Origin: an uncultured Verrucomicrobiae bacterium | GTDB lineage: Bacteria; Verrucomicrobiota; Verrucomicrobiia; Limisphaerales; JAFGQR01 | DNA length: 64,000 nt | Reading direction: 5' to 3' | NCBI GenBank assembly: GCA_963788655.1 | Contig: CAWBHS010000089.1 | Coordinates: 32,001 to 96,000, forward strand | Shown: positions 42,071 through 53,465 of the stretch, piece by piece | Position numbering within the stretch: position 1 is the first letter of the stretch | How the letters are laid out: each line of letters begins with the position of its first letter | Notes under the pieces: generated by a model | The model's input: only the letters and a program-made list of their open reading frames with translations | Databases searched by the model: none | What the model was told of the DNA's origin: nothing | Translations under genes and position numbers: made by a program

Positions 42071-42250
42071 ATGCGTGCCATCCTCCACATTCTGACCCAC
42101 CCAACCGATGAATGGTCGCAACAACTCATCGCCGCGGAGCAGGCGCTGCCCGATTGCCGGATTGAGGTGGTGGATTTGACGCGGCCCGAGCCGGATTATC
42201 AGGATTTGCTGGAAAAGATATTTATCGCCGACAGCGTGCAGGTTTGGTGA
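42071..42250 (+). CDS. small DsrH/TusB-like protein
   Basis: ILHIL N-terminus; DYQDLLEKIFIADSVQVW C-terminus typical of DsrH. Confidence 0.6.
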   Translation: MRAILHILTHPTDEWSQQLIAAEQALPDCRIEVVDLTRPEPDYQDLLEKIFIADSVQVW

Positions 42251-42347
42251 CGAGCCCAAAGAAACGAGACATTCCTGATCAAAGCCGAACAGACCGATAG
42301 CGGGGGAGAGAAGGTTTCTTTCAGCTTCGTGTATTTGTTGGCCAGGA

Positions 42348-43451
42348 TCATTGCTCCGTTTGTTTGTCTATTTTGTCACTGTGCGGCGAATCCAATTCCA
42401 ATTCCAGTTGTTGCCGGTTCGGCCGTCGAAAAGCAGTAGTCGATAACTCCCAGCGGCTGTTGTTGAAGCCCGCCCGTCGGCATCCAACCTGGAACATTCG
42501 CGTGATCTCCTCGGCATAGTGGCCTTGCCCGCTCATGCGAAAGCCGAAGCGCGGATCATTCAGTTTGCCGTTGCGCAGGGACCGAATGCGTCCCAGGATT
42601 TTGTCCTGCTTCTCGGGCGCATGCTGTTCCAACCACTCTTGAAACACGGTGGCGACGGTAAGCGGCAGCCGCAACACTTCCTTGCTCGCCCACTGCGCTC
42701 CGGCCTCCTTGGCGGCGTTCAAAACGGACAAAACTTCATGGTCGTTCAAACCCGGAATAATTGGCGCAATCAAGATACCCGCCGGAATGCCTGCTCGCGT
42801 CAATTCCTCGACGGCGCGGAGACGATGACCGGGCAACGACGCGCGCGGCTCCAATCGCCGGGTCAGTTCCGGTTGGAGGGAGTTAACGGAAAGAGTGACC
42901 GATACCGCGCGGTGAGCCGCCAGTTCGCGCAGCAGGTCAATGTCGCGCGTTACTAAATAATTCTTGGTGACAATGCTCACCGGATTTCGGAACTCAGCCA
43001 GCACTTGCAGGCATTGCCGTGTCAATTGCAGGCGCCGCTCGACGGGTTGGTAAGGATCGGTGACGCCGCTGAGCGCGAGCGGCTGAGGCTTCCAACGGGG
43101 CGACGCCAATTCGCGGCGCAGCAACTCCGGCGCGTCGGTCTTGACCACGATTTGAGTTTCGAAGTCCAGGCCCGCGGAAAAGCCCAGATACTCGTGGGTG
43201 ATTCTGGCGTAGCAATAACTGCAACCATGCTCGCAGCCCCGATACGGATTAATGCTGGCTGCGAAGGGAATGTCGGGGCTGTCGTTGTACGTGATGATCG
43301 ATTGGGAGCAGTCCCGCAGGAACTGGGTCTTCGGTGCCGGGTCTTGCTCCGGATCCCAATCGGCGTCCCGTTCCAGCGAGATGCGTTCGAATCGGTTGGC
43401 CGGATTGCTGGCGGCGCCGCGACCGCGCGGCGATGACGGTTGGTTGACCAC
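42348..43451 (-). CDS. radical SAM protein, PA0069 family (spore-photoproduct-lyase-like)
   Basis: RGRGAASNP.NRF, INPYRGCEHGCSYCYAR, TDPYQPVE. Confidence 0.9.
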   Translation of the reverse strand: MVNQPSSPRGRGAASNPANRFERISLERDADWDPEQDPAPKTQFLRDCSQSIITYNDSPDIPFAASINPYRGCEHGCSYCYARITHEYLGFSAGLDFETQIVVKTDAPELLRRELASPRWKPQPLALSGVTDPYQPVERRLQLTRQCLQVLAEFRNPVSIVTKNYLVTRDIDLLRELAAHRAVSVTLSVNSLQPELTRRLEPRASLPGHRLRAVEELTRAGIPAGILIAPIIPGLNDHEVLSVLNAAKEAGAQWASKEVLRLPLTVATVFQEWLEQHAPEKQDKILGRIRSLRNGKLNDPRFGFRMSGQGHYAEEITRMFQVGCRRAGFNNSRWELSTTAFRRPNRQQLELELDSPHSDKIDKQTEQ

Positions 43452-43686
43452 AGCGTCAATTTGTCAGAACAATCTCATGGCGTCCAATTCGTTGAAAGCG
43501 GTCGTGATGCCTGGAAATGGGGCGCGGATTCCGGTCAATCGGTGGTGCCCCTTTCCAAGCTCTCGCCCATTCTGGGCGCAGCGAGTGGCCGCCCTCCCCA
43601 AGTCCCCGAAACGCATCCCGGCGGAGCCTGGGGATACTGGCCCTGACGCGGCGGAAAACAATGGGGCGAAGGCTTGCCCCTGGGGC

Positions 43687-44316
43687 CTACTCCAAGGCCT
43701 TGGCTTTGAGGTTCCGAAACTCGACTTTCATTTTGAGTCCGGGATGAATCTGCAGGCCGATCGGGCCGGGGCGGGAATATTTGGGATTTTGATATTCGAC
43801 CACTTGCCGACCATTCAGCCACACGGTGAAGGTATCACCTTTGGCCTGAAGCCGGATCGTGTTCCAATCGCCGGATTTGAGCAGTTGCGCGCGGTCTTTG
43901 GTCCGGCCGGACTCGGGATACATATCCTTGCCGCCGGTATAGAAGCAGCAGGTCATGTCTTGCTTGAGGCTGCGCGAGACGCCGAATTGCAATTGCAGTT
44001 CCGGCTTGCGGACCATGATGCCACTGTCGATCTCGCCGCTCCAACGCACGTCGGCCTCGACGACCACGTCTTGGTACGATTGCTTCGTGTAAAGCATGCT
44101 GCCCTTCAAGTTGGGCGCGTTCTCGCCGATCAAGACGCCGTCCACGACTTTCCAATACGGGTTTGGATTGGGCACCTTCCAGCCGGTCAAGTCGCGGCCG
44201 TTGAAAATGGAGGGCAGGTCATCGGCCGCGCGAGCCGCGAAGCTGGCGGAAAACGTCAGGAGAATGGCCGCTGCCCAGGTGGTGAGATGGCCGGTTCGTG
44301 AGAGTGATATTTTCAT
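43687..44316 (-). CDS. DUF1080 / 3-keto-disaccharide hydrolase family protein, exported
   Basis: IFNGRDLTGW, DSGI, GDWN, GPIGLQIH, VEFRNL. Start codon uncertain. Confidence 0.85.
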   Translation of the reverse strand: MKISLSRTGHLTTWAAAILLTFSASFAARAADDLPSIFNGRDLTGWKVPNPNPYWKVVDGVLIGENAPNLKGSMLYTKQSYQDVVVEADVRWSGEIDSGIMVRKPELQLQFGVSRSLKQDMTCCFYTGGKDMYPESGRTKDRAQLLKSGDWNTIRLQAKGDTFTVWLNGRQVVEYQNPKYSRPGPIGLQIHPGLKMKVEFRNLKAKALE

Positions 44317-44424
44317 AGTGGTAGTAATTTCGGTGTCAGTCATTGGTTTAGTTGGACTGCGCCCAACGGCGATGTCTTCATTTGCCATCAAGTCGATTCG
44401 CCGATCTCGATTGCTTGTTCGTAC

Positions 44425-46372
44425 CTACCAAATTCTCACCAGCACCACGCCGTGCCGCGGCACCGTGGTTTGGAACTGATCGGAGAACTTGCCGAGATCC
44501 TGCTGTCGCCAAAGGTCGCGGACGCGATGCGAGCCGGTCAAGCCCAAGTCCGACCAGCGGGCGGTCGCCTGGGCTTCGCCTTCACCGCGATTGAACAAGC
44601 CAACGGCCTTGGAGCCGTCTTCCATGTCCTTGGCCCAAACTTCCAGCCCGCCGGTCTTAGCGACGCGACCCGCCTGGCGACCGAGTGGATCCTGATTTAC
44701 CTCCAGCACTTCGTCGTTGGTGAGCAGGCTCAGCGTGAACTCGTCCAGTTGCGACATGTCGCAGCCGATGAGCAACGGCGACGTGAGCAGGCACCAGAGG
44801 CTGATGTGGGTGTATTGCTCGTTGGGCGTGAGCCGCGTGGGACGCAATCGCCCCCAGCCCAACCGCCCCACGACCAGCATGTCCGGATCATTCCAATGGC
44901 CCGGCCCGGCGTATTGCTCGTGGCCGGCCTGACCGAAGCCGATGCCCGACATGCTGCCCCAGGTGTCGGTGATGTCGCCGGTGGTGCGCCAGCAATTGCC
45001 GCCGACCTGGGCGCCCCATTCCCACACGTTGCCCATGCCGTATTGGCAGAGGCTGAAGACAATGTCGCGGTCCACCTGGTCGAGCGCGGCGCGCATCACC
45101 TGGTAGGGCTTCATCAAGCGCGGCCGCTCGGGAAGCGATTTGTCCTGCACCTGGCTGTAGGAACACCAGTCGTATTTCAAGTAATCAAAGCCCCACTCGG
45201 CGTAGCGTTGGGCGTCGAGATCTTCATGTTTCCAACTGCCCTCGAAACCAGCGCAGGTCTTCGGACCCGGCGAGGAATAGAGCCCGATCTTCAGCCCCTT
45301 GGCATGGACGTAGTCGGCCAGCGCCTTCATGTCCGGGAATTTCTCGTTGGAAAGTATTTTGCCGTCCGGCGCGCGGCCATCTTCCCAACAATCGTCAATG
45401 TTGATGTAAGTCCAGCCGTGATTGATCAAGCCGCTGGTCACCATCGCGTCGGCGGCGGCCCGCACTTTGGCGTCGTCCACCGCGCCGGCAAAGCAGTTCC
45501 AACTGTTCCAGCCCATCGGCGGGGTGAGCGCGATTTGGTCGCCGCACACGATCCGCAGCTTGCGTTCGGCCGAACCGAGTTGGTTGCGAGCGCGCAGGGT
45601 CACGAGGTGTTCGCCTTTGGTGGTCAGAACGCCCGTGATGTGGCCGGTGGCGGGATCGAGTTGCAGACCGGCCGGCAGACCTTCCGCCGCGAAGGACATG
45701 GGCCGGTTGCCGGTGGCCGCGATGGTGAAAAGAAACGGATGGTTCGGCCGAACGCCGAACACTTTCGCGCCGTTGATGCGCGGCGTAGCCGGGGCGGGAG
45801 GCGTGAGTATCACCGCCTCTTCGCGCGGCGCATCGACGGTTACCGGTGGTGCGCCGCGGTAGTCGAATTTGGCCTCCACCCAATCGGCGTGGTCGAAGTT
45901 GATGCCGTTGCCCGCGTCGCCAACCAGCAACACAAGCGTTTTGACTCCCTGGAGATTTACTTCAACTTGTTGGGCGGGTTGACCGGCTTTCATCACTCCG
46001 CTTTTCCACAGGGTCTTGCCGTCGCCGACCACGGAGAACTCGACGCTGGATTCCGGGTTCTTCGCTTCGTCGTCCACGCCCACGCGTGCGGAGAATCGTT
46101 CCGCGTCGCCTTTGAGATCGAGGTAGAGAGCACTCTCCGCGTGCGTGCCCAGGCCGCGTTCAAATGGCTGGCCGGCGATGGTCAAGGGGTGATTATCCAC
46201 CGAACGGTTTTTGTGGGGATCGCCCCAGCCTTGCGAGGTTTTACCGACCTCGAGCTGATCCAGCCAGACGCTGGCCGCGTGGAGACGCGGTTGGCCAGCA
46301 ACGGCAAGGGAGATGAGCAGCGGCAGCAGCCACTGACGCGGGAACGAATTGGATGATACGATTGCTTTTCAT
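44425..46372 (-). CDS. alpha-galactosidase GH27 with NPCBM and Ig-like domains (N-terminal frameshift)
   Basis: GLGTHA..NPCBM; TPPMGWNSWN, IDDCW, YLKYDWC, WNDPDML. Confidence 0.9.
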
Positions 46373-46553
46373 ACAGTTAACGGAACAAGGCTGAAACGAA
46401 TGCCTGCATTCAGCAAGAAGGAATTGTTGGGAGGGTGGTTGGCATTGTTCGAAAAAAGCCGGTCTTGCGCGTGAAGAAACTGCGTTATCAATACGATCGA
46501 CCGGCCCCGTTGCAGTTGCACTTTGGAACGAGGTGCAATCCTTCGCGCCAGCG

Positions 46554-46690
46554 TTTGGAGTGCGTCCGGCTTGCCGGCGCTTTTGCACGAAGATGGGCTA
46601 TCAGTCCCTCAAGCGGGCGGGATTGATCTTGATCGCCCCACGTCAGGCGAAAGCGGGAGCAAGCTCCGCGCACCAAACGCTGCGCGATGT
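46554..46690. repeat. REP-like element TTTGGAGTGCG ... CGCACCAAA
   Basis: Imperfect inverted ends with internal hairpins, in an intergenic region. Confidence 0.55.
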
Positions 46691-46814
46691 TCGGAGACCC
46701 CTTGGGACAGCCGTCTCGGCTGTCTCGAATGATCGGCAACCTGCCGCCAGTCAGCGAACGTTCAGCAAAGTATTGGAAGGCCTTGGGTCATTCGGGACCG
46801 GCGGGACGCCGGTC

Positions 46815-49800
46815 CTACGGGGTTGGGAGCACGCGCACTCGGTAGAAACGTGCATCCGCAGTGGGCGCGGGATCGGTGAGCGTGGTAACGCCACCGCTGG
46901 CAGCGTTGGTCACTACGGAGGTCCAACTTGTTGGAGGAATTCCATCGGCGTAATCCAGAGCGTATGGGACGCCGTTGGTGCTCAGGAAAGAAAGGCCAAA
47001 AGCATTCGGGGAGTGGGAAATCACCATGAGGGCGGCCACCAGGTTGGTGGTTGCTCCCACACTGTTCGACACCACCACCGAGTAGGCGCCGACATTGGTC
47101 GTTTGCACATTGGGGAGGAGCAACTCGCTACCGGTGGCGTCCGGGATGTCTGCGTTCCCGAACCGCCATTGCACGTCGGGCGTTGGGTAACCCACGACTT
47201 CCACATCCAAGCGAGCATCGCGCCCGGCGACGGATACCAGGTTCAGCGGTTGGTTCGTGATGCCCGGGCTGAACCGGACACTGAGAGTGGCGGCGGTGCT
47301 GTTCGTTGCTCCCGATTCATCGGTGAGCGTGACGCGATAAAGTCCGGCAGCTTCCGGCTGAGCGTTCGTCACTGAATACGTGCTGTTGGTGGCTCCGGCA
47401 ATGGCCATGCCGTCGGTGCTCCATTGATAGGTCAACGGCGCGGGACTGCTAACGGTCAGGTTGAACGTGGCGGTATCGCCTTGATCGACTTCCACGTTGC
47501 TCAACGGCGTAAAAACGCTTAGCACCGCCGGATCGCTGGTTTCGCGCTCCCCGAGATCATTCCAGGTAACGACCTCGTATTCGCCAGCGTCCGTTAATTT
47601 GAGATTGTTAATGCTTAGCGAGCTGAGGTTGGCACCGGGCAGATTGGCGCCGTTGTGCATCCACTGGTAACTCAGAATTCCGGTGGCTTTGACGCCGACG
47701 GAGAATACGGCCCGGCCGGCGCGCGCGAGGATCTGGCTTGGCGGCTGATCGGTGATGCGCAGCGGCGAGTTCACGGTCAGGCTGGCCGACAAACTGGTAT
47801 CCGAACCGTAAGCATTGGACACTTCCACGCGGTAGGCTCCCTCGTTGGTTTCATACGCGACCGGAATCAAGTAGGTGTCGCCGGTGGCTCCGGAAATGAG
47901 ATTGCCTTTGAAGAACCACTGGTATGTAAAGGGCGTGTCGCCGGTGGCAGTGACCGAGAACATAACCGGTTCGCCTTCGAACACGAGTTGGCTGAGCGGA
48001 TCCTGGGTGATGGTCGGCGGCAGGTGGACGGTCAATTGCACACTGGCACTGTCCACCGAACCGGCGGCGTTGGATACGGTGACGCGATAGCTGCCCGCGT
48101 TGGTCGTTTGCGCATTGGCAATGACCAGCGTATTGCCGGTGGCGCCCGCCATGGCGGTACCGCCGAAATACCACTGGAATCCGGGGTCGGGTGATCCGGT
48201 GGCTTCGATCTGGAACGTTGCGGTTTCACCCTGGATGACTGAAAGGTTGGTCGGCGGCACGGTGATCACGGGCGCTTCGAGGATGATCAAGCTCACCGGC
48301 GCGCTGGTCACCGCTCCCAGGCTGTTGGTGATCACGACGGTGTACATTCCGGCGTTGATCTTCTGCGCGTTGATGAGGGTGAGGGAAGTGTTGGTTTGCT
48401 CAGGCACGATCAAGCCCTCGAAGTACCATTGATAACGGAGCGGAGCATCACCGGCCGCGGCGACAACGAACTCCGCCGTCGCGCCAGGATAGACCATGCG
48501 GTTGGTCGGTTGCACAGTAATCACCGGTGGTTGCGGGACCGTCACGGTCAAGGTGGCTTCCTGGCTGGTGGCTCGCTCGCTGTCACTGCTGGAAATGACC
48601 ACCCGATAGCCGCCGGCGTCGCTCGCGCTTACCTCGACCAGGGTCAAATTACTGGAGGTGGCTCCCGGCAAAGTCACTCCATTGCGTTGCCATTCATACG
48701 TCAGGTTGGCGGAACTCTCAACCACCACACTAAACACCACCGTGCTGCCCTGGGTGACGGACTGGCTGACCGGGTTGGTCAAAATCTTGAGGGGCACTTG
48801 AACGGTCAACGTGGCCACTTCACTGGTCGCAGCGCCGAACTGGTTGCCCACGACCACTTGGTATTCGCCCTCTTGGGCGAGTTGCACGTTGCTGCGCGTA
48901 AGACTGTTGGTGGTGGTTCCGGTTTGCTCGTTCGTCACCGTCTGAACGATATTGGTCGCTTGGAAATACCAACGGTAGGTCACCGGAACATCGCTTTCCG
49001 CAGTCACATAAAACGTGGCGTTACTGCTCCGGAGCACAGTCTGGTTGGTGGCGTCCAGTGTGATAACCGGGGGCAACGCACTTGCGCCGTATTCGAAGGC
49101 GCCGATGTCGCACCGCCCTCCGAACGGATACGGTCGGGTCACGCCGCGTTGATCGGTCGGCAGACAAAAGTTGGGATCGCCACTGTCGATGGCCGGACTG
49201 CCATCCTGCGGTTCCATGGTTTCCGTAGGTCCGCCGTAATCATCCAAAGTGTAAAGCAGGGGGTCAATGCTGTAGCTGCTGCCCGGACCCGTAAAGGGCG
49301 GGGTGATATCGGAATTGATATTATAACCGGCGTCGGTTACCGGCCCATAGAAATTTCCGCTGCTGACCCAGTAGGCAACGATCGTGTTTTTCAGGATCAC
49401 GGCACTGCCCGCATTGCCGATGTTGTCGCCGCGCCAAGCGCCGTAGGCACCGTTTTGCCCCGGAAGAGATCCCCCGCCGCCGGCCAAACCGTTGGTGCCG
49501 GGAATGGTATTGCCGGAGGAAAAAGTGCAATTAGTGATCAGCGCCTGGCCTTGATTGTAGTAGTTGCCGCCCCAGGCACTACCACCGTTGCCGCCGTTGC
49601 CACCTTGTTGCGATCCGTAACCGCCGTTGCCGCCATTGCCTCCCGCTACGCTGTTCGTGTAAAAGGTGCAATTCAGCACGCGGTTCAGGCCATAGTTGGC
49701 AATCCCGCCCCCAAACGCATCCGCGCCGGCCGGACCGGCGCCGCCGGTGCCAGCCACGCCGCCACCATCACCCGAGTCGCCGCTTTGGACGTGGTTGTCG

Positions 49801-50693
49801 GTAAGCGTGGAGGCGGTGACCTCGCATTCACCCAGGCTGTAAATCGCTGCCCCGGCACCGACAGCTCCAGCGCCTCCCTGGCCGAGGAAACTGGGGTTGC
49901 TGCCCACGCCGTTCGTGCCACCCGCACCACCCGCGCCCCCGACCGCACGATTCAGTTTAAAAGTAGATTCGGTGACGGACAGCTTGCTCTGGTTATAGAT
50001 GACGCCGCCCTTCCCGATTGCCCCGCTGCCGCCGGCGCCGCCATTGCCGCCGAAAACACTGCCATCCCCACCGTTGCCTCCTCCGCCGCCCGCACCGCCG
50101 GTCGCACTGTTGCCGACAAAGAGGCATCGGGCCGCAGTCGTCGTCGCGGCATTGAACAGAACGCCGCCCGACGCAGGCGCCCCGCCTCCTCCTGAGCCGC
50201 CCGGTTTGCCCTGCAATTCGCCGTCGGTGCCGTCGATTCCCGCGGTACCATCCGCGCCCAGGGCGATATTGTTGGTCAATACGCAATCCTCCAGCCCGAG
50301 CAGCCCTTGGTTGTAAATGGCGCCGCCCGCGGTGCTGCGGCCATCGGCCAACGTCAGATCTTGAAGGGTGAACTGAATTCCCGGATTGACGGTGAAGAGA
50401 CGGACGCCATTGGTCGATTCCGGGTCGTTGTCATAACCACCGCTGAGGATTACCTCGTAGCCAGCCCCGTTCAGAACCGTGTTGGTGCGGACTGTGATGG
50501 TTTGCGAAAGCGTGATGGTGCCGCTGTTGGTGAACGTGACCGTGCCGCCATTGGTCATCGCATTGAGGAGCGCGGTTTGGGTCATGTTGGTCACGACGCC
50601 ATCGGCGTATGCGGGGCAGGACAATTCAATCCAAGCCGGAAATACTCCAGCAATAAGACACACACGGGCCAGTTGTTGTAGTCGCACCTTCAT
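46815..50693 (-). CDS. large secreted protein: Gly-rich beta-helix / choice-of-anchor-Q-like region followed by about 8 Ig repeats
   Basis: Signal peptide; GGAGGAGG runs; GSPAIDSG..DQRG..CDIGAFE; repeated YQW..G.Y.V Ig units; ends RFYRVRVLPTP. Confidence 0.85.
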   Translation of the reverse strand: MKVRLQQLARVCLIAGVFPAWIELSCPAYADGVVTNMTQTALLNAMTNGGTVTFTNSGTITLSQTITVRTNTVLNGAGYEVILSGGYDNDPESTNGVRLFTVNPGIQFTLQDLTLADGRSTAGGAIYNQGLLGLEDCVLTNNIALGADGTAGIDGTDGELQGKPGGSGGGGAPASGGVLFNAATTTAARCLFVGNSATGGAGGGGGNGGDGSVFGGNGGAGGSGAIGKGGVIYNQSKLSVTESTFKLNRAVGGAGGAGGTNGVGSNPSFLGQGGAGAVGAGAAIYSLGECEVTASTLTDNHVQSGDSGDGGGVAGTGGAGPAGADAFGGGIANYGLNRVLNCTFYTNSVAGGNGGNGGYGSQQGGNGGNGGSAWGGNYYNQGQALITNCTFSSGNTIPGTNGLAGGGGSLPGQNGAYGAWRGDNIGNAGSAVILKNTIVAYWVSSGNFYGPVTDAGYNINSDITPPFTGPGSSYSIDPLLYTLDDYGGPTETMEPQDGSPAIDSGDPNFCLPTDQRGVTRPYPFGGRCDIGAFEYGASALPPVITLDATNQTVLRSSNATFYVTAESDVPVTYRWYFQATNIVQTVTNEQTGTTTNSLTRSNVQLAQEGEYQVVVGNQFGAATSEVATLTVQVPLKILTNPVSQSVTQGSTVVFSVVVESSANLTYEWQRNGVTLPGATSSNLTLVEVSASDAGGYRVVISSSDSERATSQEATLTVTVPQPPVITVQPTNRMVYPGATAEFVVAAAGDAPLRYQWYFEGLIVPEQTNTSLTLINAQKINAGMYTVVITNSLGAVTSAPVSLIILEAPVITVPPTNLSVIQGETATFQIEATGSPDPGFQWYFGGTAMAGATGNTLVIANAQTTNAGSYRVTVSNAAGSVDSASVQLTVHLPPTITQDPLSQLVFEGEPVMFSVTATGDTPFTYQWFFKGNLISGATGDTYLIPVAYETNEGAYRVEVSNAYGSDTSLSASLTVNSPLRITDQPPSQILARAGRAVFSVGVKATGILSYQWMHNGANLPGANLSSLSINNLKLTDAGEYEVVTWNDLGERETSDPAVLSVFTPLSNVEVDQGDTATFNLTVSSPAPLTYQWSTDGMAIAGATNSTYSVTNAQPEAAGLYRVTLTDESGATNSTAATLSVRFSPGITNQPLNLVSVAGRDARLDVEVVGYPTPDVQWRFGNADIPDATGSELLLPNVQTTNVGAYSVVVSNSVGATTNLVAALMVISHSPNAFGLSFLSTNGVPYALDYADGIPPTSWTSVVTNAASGGVTTLTDPAPTADARFYRVRVLPTP

Positions 50694-50725
50694 GATTGTC
50701 CAAGTCTGGCCGAGCTGGCACCAGC

Positions 50726-53337
50726 TCAGAAGCCTTCGCGTTTGTATAATTCCTTCGCCGACTTCTGTTGGTTCTTCCGCGCATCGTCGGTAAAGTCGCG
50801 CTCCGCTTTGCTGATGCCCGGCAATTTGGCTTTTTCTTCCATGGCCACCAAGGCGGCGTCCTCCGGGGTGTTCAGCACTTTGGGCCGGATGAGAATCATC
50901 AACTCGACCCGGTTGCCGGACTTGGTGGTGCTGCGGAAGAGCGAGCCCAGCAGCGGGATGTCCTTGAGGAACGGCACGCCGGAATTCGAGCTGCGCTTTT
51001 CGGTGCGCATGAAGCCGCCCAGAATCACTGTCTCGCCGTCGCGCACCGACACCTTGGCATTGGCCGATCGCTCGACGGTCGTGGGCACGTCATTGCCGTC
51101 GATCTTGACCGGCTCACCGACATTATCGACGCGCTGGTCGATGTCCATGACCACCAGGCCGTCCGGGTTGATCAACGGTAGCACGTTCAGCTCGATGCCG
51201 ATGCGCAATTGGGCGATCTGCGATTGGGATGCCGCCGTAGCCGCCGTAGCCGGCCGGTGACATAAGGCCGCGTCTCACCGACGAAGATGCGGCACGGCAC
51301 GGCGTGCGAGGTTTGCACCCGCGGGCGGGACAGAACCTTGACATCGCCCACGCTGGCAATCGCCTGAATGGCCAGGTCGAGGTCGTTGCGGTACGCCGCG
51401 AAGTAGGAAAATCCGCTCTGCAAACCGGGGATCGAGGGCACCCCGTTGCTGCTTGAGCCGGTCCGGCCCAGCCAGGACCAGGGCTCGGCCGCGTTTTGTC
51501 CGCTGTTGTAGCCGCCGACGCCCGCCCACTTGCCGGCGACTTCCGGCCGCTGCAAGGCGCTCACGCCGAAACTGAAGGTGTCGTTGAGGGAGACTTCCAG
51601 GACCACCGCTTCGATGAGCACCTGGGCGAGCACCACGTCGAGCTTGGAGACAATTTCCTGGATCATTTCGATGTCCTCCTCCGAGGCGAAAATCAACAGC
51701 GAATTGGTGCGTTCGTCGGCAATGATTTTCGTTTTGCCCAGCACCACAATATCCTCGTCGGTGGCCTTGTTGACGATTTGCTGGAGACGCTGCTGGAAGG
51801 AGGCTTTCGGGGTGACCACATCCAGTGAGGCATTGTCGGCACCGGACAACGGGACAACGGCTTCCGAACGAGGATAAACCCCTCCGCTATACCCGCCCCC
51901 ATAGCTGCTGCCGTAACGGCTGCTCGAGCCGCCGTAAGAGGAACCGTAGCCGCTGCCGCCGGCGCTGTAGCCGGGCAGTCCGCCGCCCCCGCCCCCGCCC
52001 GGCGTGCTGAACCGTTGCGAGCTGACGCTTTGACCGCCAACGGAAGTCACGGCGCCGCCGCCCTCCGTGAGGCTGCTCAACACTTGGGCGATGTCCGCGG
52101 CCAAGGCGTATTTGATGGGGATAACCACCGGTCTAACGTCGCGCGGGATGTACACGTCAATTTCCCGGATCAGTTCCACCATGCGTTTGATGTTGATGGC
52201 GTAGTCGCGCAGGACCAACGTTTGCGTGCTCTTGATCGCCATGATGCTGTCGGGCGCCTTGGACGCAAAGGGCTTGAGGGCATCGACAATGTCGCCAGGA
52301 TCCGTGTATTTCAATTTGGCGACGTAGCAGATGTATTGCTTGCCTTCCGGCAAATCCTCCGGATCGGCGTCGTAGAAGGTCATACCGGCCTGGGGAGCTT
52401 CGGCGGTGGGCAGCGCCTGCACAAACTTGTCGCCCATGGGCACCATGGTAACCCCATTCAGGGCCAGGATACTATCCAAAGCCTGGATGGCTTCTTTGCG
52501 GGTCAAGTCGGTTTGCGTATATAGGGTGATGGGCTGCTGCGGTAACGAGGACGGCCGCAGAATGGTCCGTCCGGTCAGATCCTGATACACGACGAGCACC
52601 TGGCTCAAGTCAAGTTCTTCAAACTTGATCTGGCCGGCGGGAATGATCTGGTTCTCGGCCGCTTCCCCTTCGGCTCCGCCCTCGTCCGGTTTGGCGGTCG
52701 CTGTTGCCGACGGCAGATTGGTCCGCAAGGACGGAGGAAGTCCGGCGGGCACGCCGGGCGGCCGGGCACCGGGTACTGGCGGAATAGCGGCGGTGGCTCC
52801 CGGAGCGGGGGGCACCGGGATGGCCGTGGGTCCGGGTCGTCGTACCGGCGGGTTGCGCACGGGATTGGGCGCCGCCGGATTGGTGGTGGGCGTCGGCAGA
52901 CCCGGCCGGGCGGAAGGGGTGGGTAATTTCGGAGCCACCGCAGGCGGGATCGTCGGTGGGGCGGCGCTGGCGGTCGGCGCGTTGCTGGTGCGCAATGGCA
53001 CCGGAGCCATGGCGGCGCGCGGTTCGACTCGGAGGAAACGATCCGGCAGCGAGGAATGATTCGTGGCCAAACCCGCCTCGACGATGATGGTGCCCAAGGG
53101 ATCCGGCACCGTGGTGACCGTGGTCTCCGGTTGGGTGATTCCGGCAAGGTCCGGCTGGGGCAGTCCATCCATGCGGGCGTACGCCCGGTCCATTGCTTGG
53201 CGAATTCTCGCCTGCTGGTTCGGCAGCGCTTCGGCGGGGGAAGCCGTGGGACTCGGTTGCGGCGCTTGCGCCCAGACCGCCCAGGCGCAGCCAATGGTCA
53301 ATACGATTTGGAGAACAGTTTTCACGGCAAGATTCAA
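50726..53337 (-). CDS. gspD: type II secretion secretin GspD (frameshift near 51250)
   Basis: IIADERTNSLLI, QVLIEAVVLEV, VLSRPRV, GETVILGG, SGVPFLKDIPLLGSLF, ELMILIRP. Confidence 0.9.
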
Positions 53338-53465
53338 TTTGATGATTGGGTGGGTACGTTGAGCAAACGAGGGAGCGCCCGCGGCGGTCGTCCGGCGACT
53401 ACCGTATCCAAGCGGACGCAGCGGTCGGTGGACAGGTTCGCGATGGGGGACTCAATATTCACGGT

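Noticed and set aside
42348..43451. Radical SAM gene as part of the light regulon
   Set aside because: 25 kb from the crt locus, and I saw no TnnACA repeat array upstream.
44452..46356. 634-aa plus-strand ORF (likewise 11784-13175, 26622-27872, 48396-50195, 61033-62364)
   Set aside because: Antisense shadows of well-supported genes in GC-rich DNA.
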